DNA from: Candidatus Sumerlaeia bacterium
Lineage (GTDB): Bacteria; Sumerlaeota; Sumerlaeia; SLMS01; JANRJK01
Length of the DNA: 64,000 nt
Direction: 5' to 3'
Assembly: GCA_033764015.1 (NCBI GenBank)
Contig: JANRJK010000013.1
Coordinates: 128,001-192,000 of the forward strand
Position 1 is the stretch's first letter, and each line of letters opens with the position of its first letter. The notes below the pieces were generated by a model. The model saw nothing but the letters and a program-made list of their open reading frames with translations, was not told where the DNA came from and searched no databases. Made by a program: the position numbers and the translations under genes. This document shows positions 55,979 through 64,000 of this stretch, one piece after another.

Positions 55979-56701
55979 ATGGGTTGGCTCGACAAGCTAC
56001 TCGGCAACAAAGCCGCGCCCCCGATTCTCGCGGAGGCGCCGCCTACGCAGCGCCCCGTCCCCGTCGTCGTGGACCACCGCGAGCGGGCCGGCGGCATGGT
56101 CGACGCGCTTGCCGCCGCGCTCCCGGCCGCGGACCTCGAAGTGGCCCAGCTCGAGATCGGCGACGTCGTGGTGGCTGGCGTGGTCGGCGTCGAGCGCAAG
56201 CGCACCGACGACTTCTGCGCATCGCTCCGGGATGGGCGCCTCTTCGATCAGGCGGCGCGGCTGAGCCGCGCGTACCGTTCGACGGCGCTGCTGCTCGAGG
56301 GCGACTTCACCCGCGAAGCCGCCGGCGCCATGGGCGGAGCCGCGCTGCGCGGGGCGATCGTTTCGCTGGAACTCGAGTGGCGGATACCGATCCTGCGCAC
56401 GCGCGATGTCGAGGACTCCGCGCGCTACATCGTCGCCATCGCGGAACGGATGCGGGCTCGGGGGATCGCCGCGCGGCAGGACGCTCGCCCGCGGCGCGAG
56501 GCGCCCGCGCAGGCCGCCTCGCCGGTGCTCGCGGTGCTGGTCAACATTCCCGGCGTCGGGATCGCAAAGGCGGAGGCGGTCGCCGAGCGCTTCCCCACGC
56601 TCCCCGCGCTGCTCTCCGCGGATTCCTCCGCGCTGGCGGAAGTGCCCGGTATCGGGCGCGAACTGGCCGCGCGCATCGCCGCGTCGCTCGCCGCCAAATA
56701 G
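55979..56701 (+). CDS. ERCC4/XPF-type structure-specific nuclease with tandem HhH
   Basis: VVDHRE, LEIGD, VERKRTDDF, DGRLFDQ, LLLEG; IPGVG and VPGIG HhH motifs. Confidence 0.9.
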   Translation: MGWLDKLLGNKAAPPILAEAPPTQRPVPVVVDHRERAGGMVDALAAALPAADLEVAQLEIGDVVVAGVVGVERKRTDDFCASLRDGRLFDQAARLSRAYRSTALLLEGDFTREAAGAMGGAALRGAIVSLELEWRIPILRTRDVEDSARYIVAIAERMRARGIAARQDARPRREAPAQAASPVLAVLVNIPGVGIAKAEAVAERFPTLPALLSADSSALAEVPGIGRELAARIAASLAAK

Positions 56702-56703
56702 AA

Positions 56704-56732
56704 AGCGGGCGGAGGCCGAAGCCCCCGCCCGC
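56704..56732. terminator. Hairpin between convergent genes
   Basis: GCGGGCGGAGGC-CGAA-GCCCCCGCCCGC. Confidence 0.6.
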
Positions 56733-56757
56733 GGGAATCGCTGGATCAGGTCGCTGA

Positions 56758-58512
56758 TCAGTACGTGTAGACGCGCGTGGTGTAGCCGGTGATCGACGAG
56801 GCCTGGTTATAGCTCTGGACGCGGACGTAGTAGGTGCCCGCGAAAAGGCCCGCGTAGGTGATCTTCGAGTAGTTGCCGTTGCCCGTGTCGTCGTCGGCGC
56901 GGAGCTGCGTGCCGCTCGCGTTGTACAGGTAGATGTATGTGTCGCCGCCGGAGGGGCCGTCCGTCTCGATCGCGATGTTCGACGTCGCGGTGGTGGTGAA
57001 CTTGATGTAGTCGAGGTCGGTCGCCGGGCTGATGTTGCGGCTCTGCGTTGAGCCGTTCACGGTGATGGTCTTCGCGGTGCCGGTCGAGCCGTCTTCCTCG
57101 TAGCTGTCGCCGCCCGGGGCCGGAGTCGGCGTGGCGGTCGGCGTCGGCGTGGGTGTGGCCGTCGCGGTCGGGGAGGGCGTCGATCCGCCGGTGGCGCTCA
57201 CCGAGACCGTGTAGCCCGTGATGACGCTGCCGCCGTTGTAGCTCTGGATGCGGACGTAGTAGGTGCCCGCCGCGAGCGACTGGCTGATGCGCGAGTAGTA
57301 GTTCGTCCCGTTGTCGTCGTTCGTCGCGACCTGCGCGCCCGAGGAGTTGAGCAGGTAGATCACCGTGTCGCCGCCGGAGGGGCCGTTCGTGGTGATCGTC
57401 GTGGTCGAGGTCGAGGAGAGGGTGAACTTGACGTAGTCGTTATCGGTGGCCGGGTTGATGTTGTGCGTCTGCGCCACGCCGTTCGTCGTGATCGTCTTCG
57501 CGGCGGCGGTCGAATCGTCGGGCTCGTAGGCGTCGTTGCCCCCCGGAGTCGGGGTCGGGGTCGGCGTCGCCGTCGGCGTCGGGGTGGCCGTGGGCGAAGG
57601 AGTCGGCGTCGCGGTGGCGGTCGGGGTCGGCGTGGTCGTGCCCGAGGGAAGGATGAAGTCCTTCACGATCGCCATGTGCTGCATGTTGGTGGCGCCGGAG
57701 TCGCCGGACTGGGCCGGGGATGCGGCGGAAAGCGGAGAGAAGACGCGCGTGTCGAACACGAGGCCGTTGGCGAAGGAGGTGCTGCCGATGACCACCGAGG
57801 TCTTGATGGCGGTCAGGTCGCTATCCACCAGCACCCAGTCGTAGGGGCGGTTGCGGTTGGCGTTCGTGTTGCCGTTGCCGGCCTGGTCGACCGGGTACGG
57901 GCTGGCGGTGTTGACCACCGACGAAAGGGTCGAGGTCCAGCCTTCGCTGCGGCCGTAGGCGTTGAAGTCGCCGCCGATGGTGACGTAGTCGCCCGCGGGG
58001 ATGTTGAGCGCCGATATGCCGTTCTTGAGCTGCACGGCCTGGCTGTTGCGCGTGCCCGACGAGCTGCCCGACTTCATGTGGACGCTGAACGCCCACAGGT
58101 CCTTGCTCCCCGGCACGTCGATGCGAGCCCAGAAGTAGTCACGGTCCGCGACATACGTGTCGTCGATCTCGCCCCAGGCGATGATCGGGTAGCGGCTGAT
58201 CACACCGTTCGGGATCGACTGGCCGCCGCCTTCGCGCTTCCACGAGTAGCCGGCACCGAAAGTCGAGTTCACCCACGCCGTGACGCCGGCGTCGGAGTTG
58301 TCGCCGGGCACCTCGAACTCCTGGATCATCACGACGTCCGGGTTCAGGCCGTCGAGGATCCGGGAGCCCTCAGCCTCGTAGGCCTGGTTGCTGCCCGAGG
58401 TGATGTTGGCGGCGACGAGGCGGAGGCGCGTCTGGGCGGCCACCGTGCTGCTGGCAAAAAGGAAGGTTACCGCGACTGCGCTGACCGCGAGGAGGCGAAG
58501 GGAGCCGTTCAT
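56758..58512 (-). CDS. Secreted endonuclease/exonuclease/phosphatase family protein with PT linkers and two PPC-like domains
   Basis: Signal peptide; AANI, PDVVMIQE, SRYPI, SVHM, GGDFN, YDWVL, QH; two DxYExD...GGDT...AGTYYVR repeats. Confidence 0.9.
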   Translation of the reverse strand: MNGSLRLLAVSAVAVTFLFASSTVAAQTRLRLVAANITSGSNQAYEAEGSRILDGLNPDVVMIQEFEVPGDNSDAGVTAWVNSTFGAGYSWKREGGGQSIPNGVISRYPIIAWGEIDDTYVADRDYFWARIDVPGSKDLWAFSVHMKSGSSSGTRNSQAVQLKNGISALNIPAGDYVTIGGDFNAYGRSEGWTSTLSSVVNTASPYPVDQAGNGNTNANRNRPYDWVLVDSDLTAIKTSVVIGSTSFANGLVFDTRVFSPLSAASPAQSGDSGATNMQHMAIVKDFILPSGTTTPTPTATATPTPSPTATPTPTATPTPTPTPGGNDAYEPDDSTAAAKTITTNGVAQTHNINPATDNDYVKFTLSSTSTTTITTNGPSGGDTVIYLLNSSGAQVATNDDNGTNYYSRISQSLAAGTYYVRIQSYNGGSVITGYTVSVSATGGSTPSPTATATPTPTPTATPTPAPGGDSYEEDGSTGTAKTITVNGSTQSRNISPATDLDYIKFTTTATSNIAIETDGPSGGDTYIYLYNASGTQLRADDDTGNGNYSKITYAGLFAGTYYVRVQSYNQASSITGYTTRVYTY

Positions 58513-58526
58513 CGGAGGGGTTCCGT

Positions 58527-58586
58527 GGCGAGGGGTGCGCTTCTGACAAAACAGTCCAGTAACCGCACGAGATGGCTTCCCGTCAA
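58527..58586 (-). promoter_or_regulatory. Upstream element shared with 4954-4990, plus TTGACG
   Basis: GGCGAGGGGTGCGCTTCTGACAAAACAGTCCAGTA; CGTCAA at 58581-58586 reads TTGACG on the minus strand. Confidence 0.5.
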
Positions 58587-59163
58587 GTACCCAAAAAATC
58601 CCGAAAAAAGAAAGTTCGCGGATTCCCTTGCTTGTTCGACTTATGATCGCCCTTCCCGAAGGGCGGTGATTTTCGCCCGCATTTTCAATCGATCAACCTT
58701 GTGGAAAAATCCACGAAACGGGGTCTAACTCTTCCGCACTGGCGACCCCGTCGACCGGTTGGCAGCGCCGTCCAGCCCGATGCGCGGTTCCATGGCTGTC
58801 AACCCCGCTGCGCTCCCGCAACCAGCTTCCGATCCCGACTTCGTCTATGGTACGGAGCGCGCCGTTGCGACGGCCGTCCATTAGCTCCGGGACGGCTATT
58901 CTCATGACGGGCCTCCGAATCGTCCGCACGGGGCGATGCGACGACGATAGCGCCATGAAGGTAGCCGGCTGATCCCGGGATGCGGCGCGAGTCGCACCGT
59001 GGCGGTTTCCGGTTGCTCAGGGGCCCCCGGGTCGTAGTTTACCACAGTTCAGTTTCGCGGCGTCGGCTCAAGAAGCCGCGCGGTGCCTGCGGCGGCGACC
59101 TCGGTCCGCCGGAACATCTCCGCGCCCGCGCAGCGGGTGCGGCTTGGAAGGGGCAACGCCTTC

Positions 59164-61005
59164 ATGGCGGATCGTTCGGCGTCTGAAGAAACACTGGCGA
59201 GCGCGTCGGTAACCCCCGCCATGGCGGACGGGCGCGTGGATGCGCTTGGTCTGATCGGGCGCGTGATCGAAGACCGTTACGAGGTCGAGGAACTCATCGG
59301 CGCCGGCGCCATGGGCTATGTGTACCGAGGGCGCCAGCTCCGGCTGCGGCGCGCCGTGGCGATCAAGGTCCCCAAGCCGGAGATCTCGAAGAACCGGGAC
59401 TTCATGGCGCGCTTCGAGCGCGAGGCGCTCACCATGGCGCGTTGCGTCCACGAGAACATCGCCGCCATCTACGACGTTTCCGTGCCGAAAGAACCCGGAC
59501 AGCTCAACTACATCGCCATGGAACTGGTGCAGGGCGCGGAACTCGACCACTTCCTCCGCGCCGAGGAGTCCAACCTCACCGTCCGCGCCGTGGTGGACAT
59601 CTTCCGCCAGATCGCCCGCGGCCTCGACGCCGCGCACCAGGCCGGCATCATCCACCGCGACATCAAGCCTTCCAACCTGATCGTCACGATGCCGCAGCGC
59701 GTCGCGAAGATCATGGACTTCGGCATCGCGAAGGGCGACGTGGAGAACGCCTACGAGACGCAGGCCACGCAGGCGCTCGGAACCCCCGCCTTCATGTCGC
59801 CGGAGCAGATCCGCGGCGACGGCATCGGCGCGGCCACCGACATCTACGCTTTCGGCATGACGCTCTACAAGCTGCTCGCCCGCGACCTGCCCTTCCGCAT
59901 GACGAGCGCCCACAGCCTCCTGTTCGCGCACCTCGACACGGTGCCCCTGCACCTCTCGGAGCGTAACCCGCTCTGGCCCGAGGCGCTCGGCAACGCCATC
60001 GGCCGCGCCATCGAAAAGACGCCCGACAAGCGCCACGCGACCGCCTCGAAGCTGATCGACGAAGTCGAAGCCGCGCTGCTCCCCGTCATGGGCGAGCCCT
60101 TCGCCTCGTTCTTCCCGCAGAACGCGCCGCCGCAGAAGCTCGTGGGCAGCCGCACCGCCGCGCTCCCGCGCATGACCTCGAAGAAGCCGAAGGAGAAGCA
60201 GACCGCGATCTACGCGGTCGGCGGAATCATCCTCGTCGTCGCGGTCCTGTTCGCCCTCACGCGCGGCGGCGGGGACGATCCCGGCGGCCGCGGCGGGAAC
60301 AACGTCGCGGTGGCTCCCGGCCCGACCCGCACCCCGGCGCCGACCCCATCGCCTTCGCCGGTCCCGACGGTGCGCCCGACTCCGAGCCCGTCGCCCTCGC
60401 CTTCGCCCAGCCCCACCCCGTCCCCGTCGCCCAGCCCGACGCCGCGTCCGTCCCCGACGGTGGTCGTCGTCACGACGCCCTCTCCGGTGCCGACCCCGTT
60501 CCCGACCCCTTCGCCGCGCCCGCGCGCGACGCCGACGCCGGGACCGTCGCCGAGCCCGACTCCCTCGCGCCCGATCTACGCCTGGGGGCCGGAGATCTTC
60601 GGCTCGCAGCGGCAGGAAGCGATCAACAGCATCGAAGAAGTGGTCGTCGACGGATTGCGCCGGGAGATCTTCCGCGGGCGCTTCGACGAGGCAGCCAAGC
60701 TGCTCTCGGGCCTCGAGGCCCCCGAACGCGACCGCTTCATACAGGGTCTCGAGCGCCTTGGGCAGGGATTCGGCAACATGCGCCTGCTCTACACACCGAA
60801 CACCGTGGTCAGCGACGGCTACCGTATCGATGGCAAGCGCGCGATGGTCAGCGTCAACTTGGGCCTCACCGGCAAGGACAAGACGAACGAAATGGAGGGC
60901 CCGGACCGGGACCTCACGGATCGCTTCGACGCGAACATCGTGCTTGAGAAGCGCGGCGACCAGTGGGTCGTCGTCGAGTGGCCGTCCGACCGCTTCTTCC
61001 CCTGA
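59164..61005 (+). CDS. Membrane-anchored Hanks-type Ser/Thr protein kinase
   Basis: [36 protein letters not shown] helix; (PS/PT)n stalk; distal domain. Confidence 0.95.
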   Translation: MADRSASEETLASASVTPAMADGRVDALGLIGRVIEDRYEVEELIGAGAMGYVYRGRQLRLRRAVAIKVPKPEISKNRDFMARFEREALTMARCVHENIAAIYDVSVPKEPGQLNYIAMELVQGAELDHFLRAEESNLTVRAVVDIFRQIARGLDAAHQAGIIHRDIKPSNLIVTMPQRVAKIMDFGIAKGDVENAYETQATQALGTPAFMSPEQIRGDGIGAATDIYAFGMTLYKLLARDLPFRMTSAHSLLFAHLDTVPLHLSERNPLWPEALGNAIGRAIEKTPDKRHATASKLIDEVEAALLPVMGEPFASFFPQNAPPQKLVGSRTAALPRMTSKKPKEKQTAIYAVGGIILVVAVLFALTRGGGDDPGGRGGNNVAVAPGPTRTPAPTPSPSPVPTVRPTPSPSPSPSPSPTPSPSPSPTPRPSPTVVVVTTPSPVPTPFPTPSPRPRATPTPGPSPSPTPSRPIYAWGPEIFGSQRQEAINSIEEVVVDGLRREIFRGRFDEAAKLLSGLEAPERDRFIQGLERLGQGFGNMRLLYTPNTVVSDGYRIDGKRAMVSVNLGLTGKDKTNEMEGPDRDLTDRFDANIVLEKRGDQWVVVEWPSDRFFP

Positions 61006-61036
61006 CCACCACTTCCCCTCCAAGGAGACCAACCGC

Positions 61037-61396
61037 ATGGCATCCATGAAGCGCACTCTCGCAGGCAGCATCGCCGCAGCCGCCCTCCTCCTATCGACCG
61101 GCTGCATCGGCACACATAGCAACATGAGCCAGTTCCTCAACGACCCGGCTCCCGGCGCGGAGGAACTCAACGTCCTCCAGCAGTACGGCACGCCCGCGTT
61201 CGCCGCCGAGGTGGACAACCACAACGTCTACACCTACAAGGTGCGCGAGAACAACTACTTCATCTTCATCGGCTTCTACGACGGCTACGACCTCGTAGTG
61301 ACCTGCCGCGACGGCCGCGTGGTGGACGCGCGCCGCGTGCGGGGTCCCGAGTCGTTCGCGCTCTTCCAGCCGTGGCAATGGGTCTCGAACAACTAG
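61037..61396 (+). CDS. Small lipoprotein
   Basis: AAGGAG RBS; LLLSTGC lipobox; VLQQYGTP resembles SmpA/OmlA-like folds. Confidence 0.8.
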   Translation: MASMKRTLAGSIAAAALLLSTGCIGTHSNMSQFLNDPAPGAEELNVLQQYGTPAFAAEVDNHNVYTYKVRENNYFIFIGFYDGYDLVVTCRDGRVVDARRVRGPESFALFQPWQWVSNN

Positions 61397-61421
61397 CCGC
61401 GCCTTCCCCGAGCCGCGCAGC

Positions 61422-61463
61422 GAACGCCTCGGCGGCCCCGTCCGCCGGGGCGTTCCGCGTTTC
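61422..61463 (+). terminator. Hairpin after the lipoprotein gene
   Basis: GAACGCCTCGGCGG...CCGCCGGGGCGTTC then CGCGTTT. Confidence 0.5.
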
Positions 61464-61469
61464 GGCCCC

Positions 61470-62849
61470 ATGACGCCGACACTGTTGGCGGATTGGGAGG
61501 TCCTGCGCGGCGCCCGGGTGTTGGCTGCGGTGTCGGGAGGGGCGGACTCGACCGCTCTCCTGCACATGCTGCACCGCGCCAGCGGGCGGCGGGGCTTCGA
61601 ACTGGCGTGCGCCCACGTCAACCACGGCTTGCGCGGTGCGGAGTCGGACGCCGACGAGGTGTTCGTCCGCGGGGAGTGCGAGCGCCTCGGAGTCCCGCTC
61701 CACGCGGCGCGCCTCGATCCCAAGGTGCTTGACACAGTCAACGAAGGTTCGCTGCGGGAGGCCCGCCTCGGCGCCCTGAAGGCGCTCGCGCGGAGCACCG
61801 GCGCCGGCGTCCTCGCTTTCGGGCACCACGGCGACGACTTGGCGGAGTCGTTCCTGCTGATGGCGCTGCGCGGTTCCGGGCCCGGGGGCCTCGGCTCGAT
61901 GCGCCCGATGTTGGAAGTCGAGGATGGCCTGATGCTTTGGAGGCCGCTGCTCGACTGCCGGCGGGCCACGCCGCGCGAATGGCTGAGCGCTTGTGGAATC
62001 GGCTGGCGCGAAGACTCCTCGAACGCCTCGCCGCGCTTCCGCCGGAACCGCCTGCGGGCGGAGGTTCTTCCGCTTCTCGAGGAGATTGCGCCGGGGGCCT
62101 CGGAGTGCCTCGCGCGGTCGGCGCGCTGGTGCGCGGCGGAGTCCGGTGCGCTCGAGGAGGCCGCAGGCGCCGCCTTCCGCCGATGCTGCTCGCACGAATC
62201 CCAAGGGGTGGTGGTCCTCGACGCGGCACAGTTGCGCGCCGAAGCCCCCCCCGTTGGTCTCGAGGCGCTCCGCGTCGCGTGGCGGCGGGTGTCGGGCACG
62301 GTGCCGTCTTGGTCCGTGCAACTGTGCTTGGAAGATCGTGTGGAATCGGGCCGCGGAGACGAGCGGACGTTCGGTCCCGACTGCGGCGTGGCTGCGCACG
62401 TCTGCGCGCGCGCCGTGACGATCCACCGGGCGGAGGATTCGGTCGCCGACGCGCTCGCTCGAGCGCCCTGGCCGTGGATCGTTCGACCGGATGGCGCCGC
62501 CCTCGATCAACACCTCAACAGTGCCGAGTTCGTGAACGCCCCCGGCCTCGTCGAGGCGCTGCTGGCGGGGCGCGCCGCGGAGTCCGCCGCCGCGTTCGAC
62601 GCGGACGCGCTCTCCGCGCCGTTGGAGCTGCGTCCGGCGCCGCTGGATGCCGCGCTCGACGCGGGTCCGCACCTGCGGAGTGTGCGGAAATGCCTCAAGG
62701 ACGCGAAGGTGCCCGGCCCGTTGCGCGACCGGTTGGCGGGCGTGTGGTGCGGCGACGCGCTGCTTTGGCTGCCGGGCATCCGCCGCGCGGCCGGCGCGCG
62801 CGTCACGGAGCGGACGCGCCGCTTGCTCCTCCTGCTCCCGCGCCGCTGA
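61470..62849 (+). CDS. tilS: tRNA(Ile)-lysidine synthetase
   Basis: AVSGGADS, HVNHGLRG, GHHGDD, RGSG, RPLL, EDSSN, RNRLR. Confidence 0.93.
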   Translation: MTPTLLADWEVLRGARVLAAVSGGADSTALLHMLHRASGRRGFELACAHVNHGLRGAESDADEVFVRGECERLGVPLHAARLDPKVLDTVNEGSLREARLGALKALARSTGAGVLAFGHHGDDLAESFLLMALRGSGPGGLGSMRPMLEVEDGLMLWRPLLDCRRATPREWLSACGIGWREDSSNASPRFRRNRLRAEVLPLLEEIAPGASECLARSARWCAAESGALEEAAGAAFRRCCSHESQGVVVLDAAQLRAEAPPVGLEALRVAWRRVSGTVPSWSVQLCLEDRVESGRGDERTFGPDCGVAAHVCARAVTIHRAEDSVADALARAPWPWIVRPDGAALDQHLNSAEFVNAPGLVEALLAGRAAESAAAFDADALSAPLELRPAPLDAALDAGPHLRSVRKCLKDAKVPGPLRDRLAGVWCGDALLWLPGIRRAAGARVTERTRRLLLLLPRR

Positions 62850-64000
62850 CCAGGGCCCGCGCCGCGGCCAGCGCCGCCTCGCGGTCGGGGAATTCCCCGT
62901 CGAGCTGCCGGTCGTGCAGCTCGCGCAGCGCCCTTCCAAGCGCGGGTCCCGGCGGAACGCCAAGCGCCAGCAAGTCGTCGCCGCCGACGAACGGTTTCGG
63001 CAGCGCGCGCGCCGCCCCCTCGCCGAGCGACGCCATCGTTTCCCGCGCGAACTCCCAATAGTCGAGCCGTCCGTTCGACCCGAGGCAGTCCGCGCGGTGC
63101 ACCGCCAGGTCGTCTTCGATCGTGGGAGCGGCGAGGAATCGCCGCAACGTGGCGGGGCGCATATGCTGGAGCATGGAGAAGGTCATGTGCCGCGCCACGA
63201 CCGAGCAGATGTGGTCGATGTCGCTGGACGGCAGGCGGAAGCGTTCGAGGACCTCGCGGGCCAGCTCGGCGCCGATGCGCTCGTGCTCGCGGAACGTGAT
63301 CCGCCCCGCCGCGTCGCGCGCGAACGTGGGCGGCTTGCCGACATCGTGGAGCAGCGCGCCCCACGCGGCGCGGGTCGTGCGCGGTTCCAGCTTCGCCATC
63401 ACGAGCATCGTGTGCTCGAAGACGTCGCCCTCCGGATGGAACTCGCGCCCCTGCTCGACCCCCCGCATGGCGGCGACCTCCGGCAGGATGATGTCGAGCA
63501 GGCCGGTGCGGCTTAGCAGGAGGAGCGCGCCCGCCGGATCGGGTCCGGTCCACATCGCGGTGAGTTCGTCGCGGATGCGCTCCGCGCTCAAGTGCATAGC
63601 GAGATCGCCGAGTTGGCAGAGCGCGTCGAAGGTGCGGCGCTCGATGCGGAAGCCGAAGCGCGCCGCGAAGCGGACCGCGCGCAGCAGCCGCAGCGCGTCC
63701 TCGTGGAAGCGCGTGTCCGGGTCGCCGACGCAGCGGAGCACGCGCGCATCGAGGTCGGCCCTTCCGTCGACCAGGTCGACGATGGCGCCGGTTGCGGGAT
63801 CCTCGTAGAGCGCGTTGACCGTGAAGTCGCGCCGGCGGACGTCCTCCGCGAGCGTGCCGTAGCGCACGAAGCCCGGGTGCCGGTGGTCCTGGTAGTCGCC
63901 CTCCGCGCGGAACGTCGCGATCTCGATCCGGTGCGGTCCGACCGGCGCGATGCAGACCCCGAAGCTGGCGCCGACGAGCTGCGTGCCGGGGAACAACGCG
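62803..64000 (-). CDS. cca: CCA tRNA nucleotidyltransferase with HD domain (5'-truncated by window)
   Basis: EIATFR, DVRRRDFTVNAL, EDALRLLRAVRF, SAERIRDE, HPEGDVFEHT, LLHDVGKP. Confidence 0.92.
   Translation of the reverse strand, partial: ALFPGTQLVGASFGVCIAPVGPHRIEIATFRAEGDYQDHRHPGFVRYGTLAEDVRRRDFTVNALYEDPATGAIVDLVDGRADLDARVLRCVGDPDTRFHEDALRLLRAVRFAARFGFRIERRTFDALCQLGDLAMHLSAERIRDELTAMWTGPDPAGALLLLSRTGLLDIILPEVAAMRGVEQGREFHPEGDVFEHTMLVMAKLEPRTTRAAWGALLHDVGKPPTFARDAAGRITFREHERIGAELAREVLERFRLPSSDIDHICSVVARHMTFSMLQHMRPATLRRFLAAPTIEDDLAVHRADCLGSNGRLDYWEFARETMASLGEGAARALPKPFVGGDDLLALGVPPGPALGRALRELHDRQLDGEFPDREAALAAARALVSGAGAGGASGASAP

Noticed and set aside
58590..58720. Possible oriC
   Set aside because: Only one consensus DnaA box seen; not enough to call an origin
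58693..58956. 87-aa minus-strand ORF
   Set aside because: No RBS, motif or codon-bias support that I could see
62803..62849. tilS/cca convergent overlap as a regulatory feature
   Set aside because: A 47-nt tail-to-tail overlap of low-complexity termini is common in GC-rich genomes

Overview
A high-GC bacterial chromosomal segment of about 49 densely packed CDS. I recognised no rRNA, tRNA, CRISPR array, transposase or integrase. Housekeeping genes are present (rnhB, lexA, asnS, rlmN, rsmD, acpS, tilS, CCA-adding enzyme, ferredoxin) alongside many secreted modular proteins: two PT-linker nucleases with tandem PPC-like domains, a Cys-rich repeat protein, an FG-GAP protein, a putative glycoside hydrolase, two GspG-like pseudopilins and a stand-alone secretin. 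The pseudopilin style and a C-terminal W-x-x-Y tail suggest a Sumerlaeota (BRC1)-like organism; this is inference from recall, not tested. Top leads: (1) a 1362-aa protein fusing a DnaG-type zinc finger, about 1000 aa of TPR-like repeats and a DnaA AAA+ domain that lacks domain IV (24217-28305); (2) a lower-GC two-gene islet (12-Cys secreted protein plus partner) flanked by a duplicated, frameshifted gene end, with a G10 tract in its candidate promoter (40694-42616); (3) a candidate direct-repeat LexA box, TTCGS-N6-TTCDC, seen twice before lexA and once before an orphan gene resembling PolB-cassette accessory genes; (4) a shared upstream element at identical spacing before both secreted nucleases; (5) a Tat-signal Rieske-like lipoprotein missing three of four cluster ligands; (6) a candidate C-terminal sorting motif. 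All family calls come from reading motifs by eye, not from database searches, and many start codons were re-picked relative to the ORF track.
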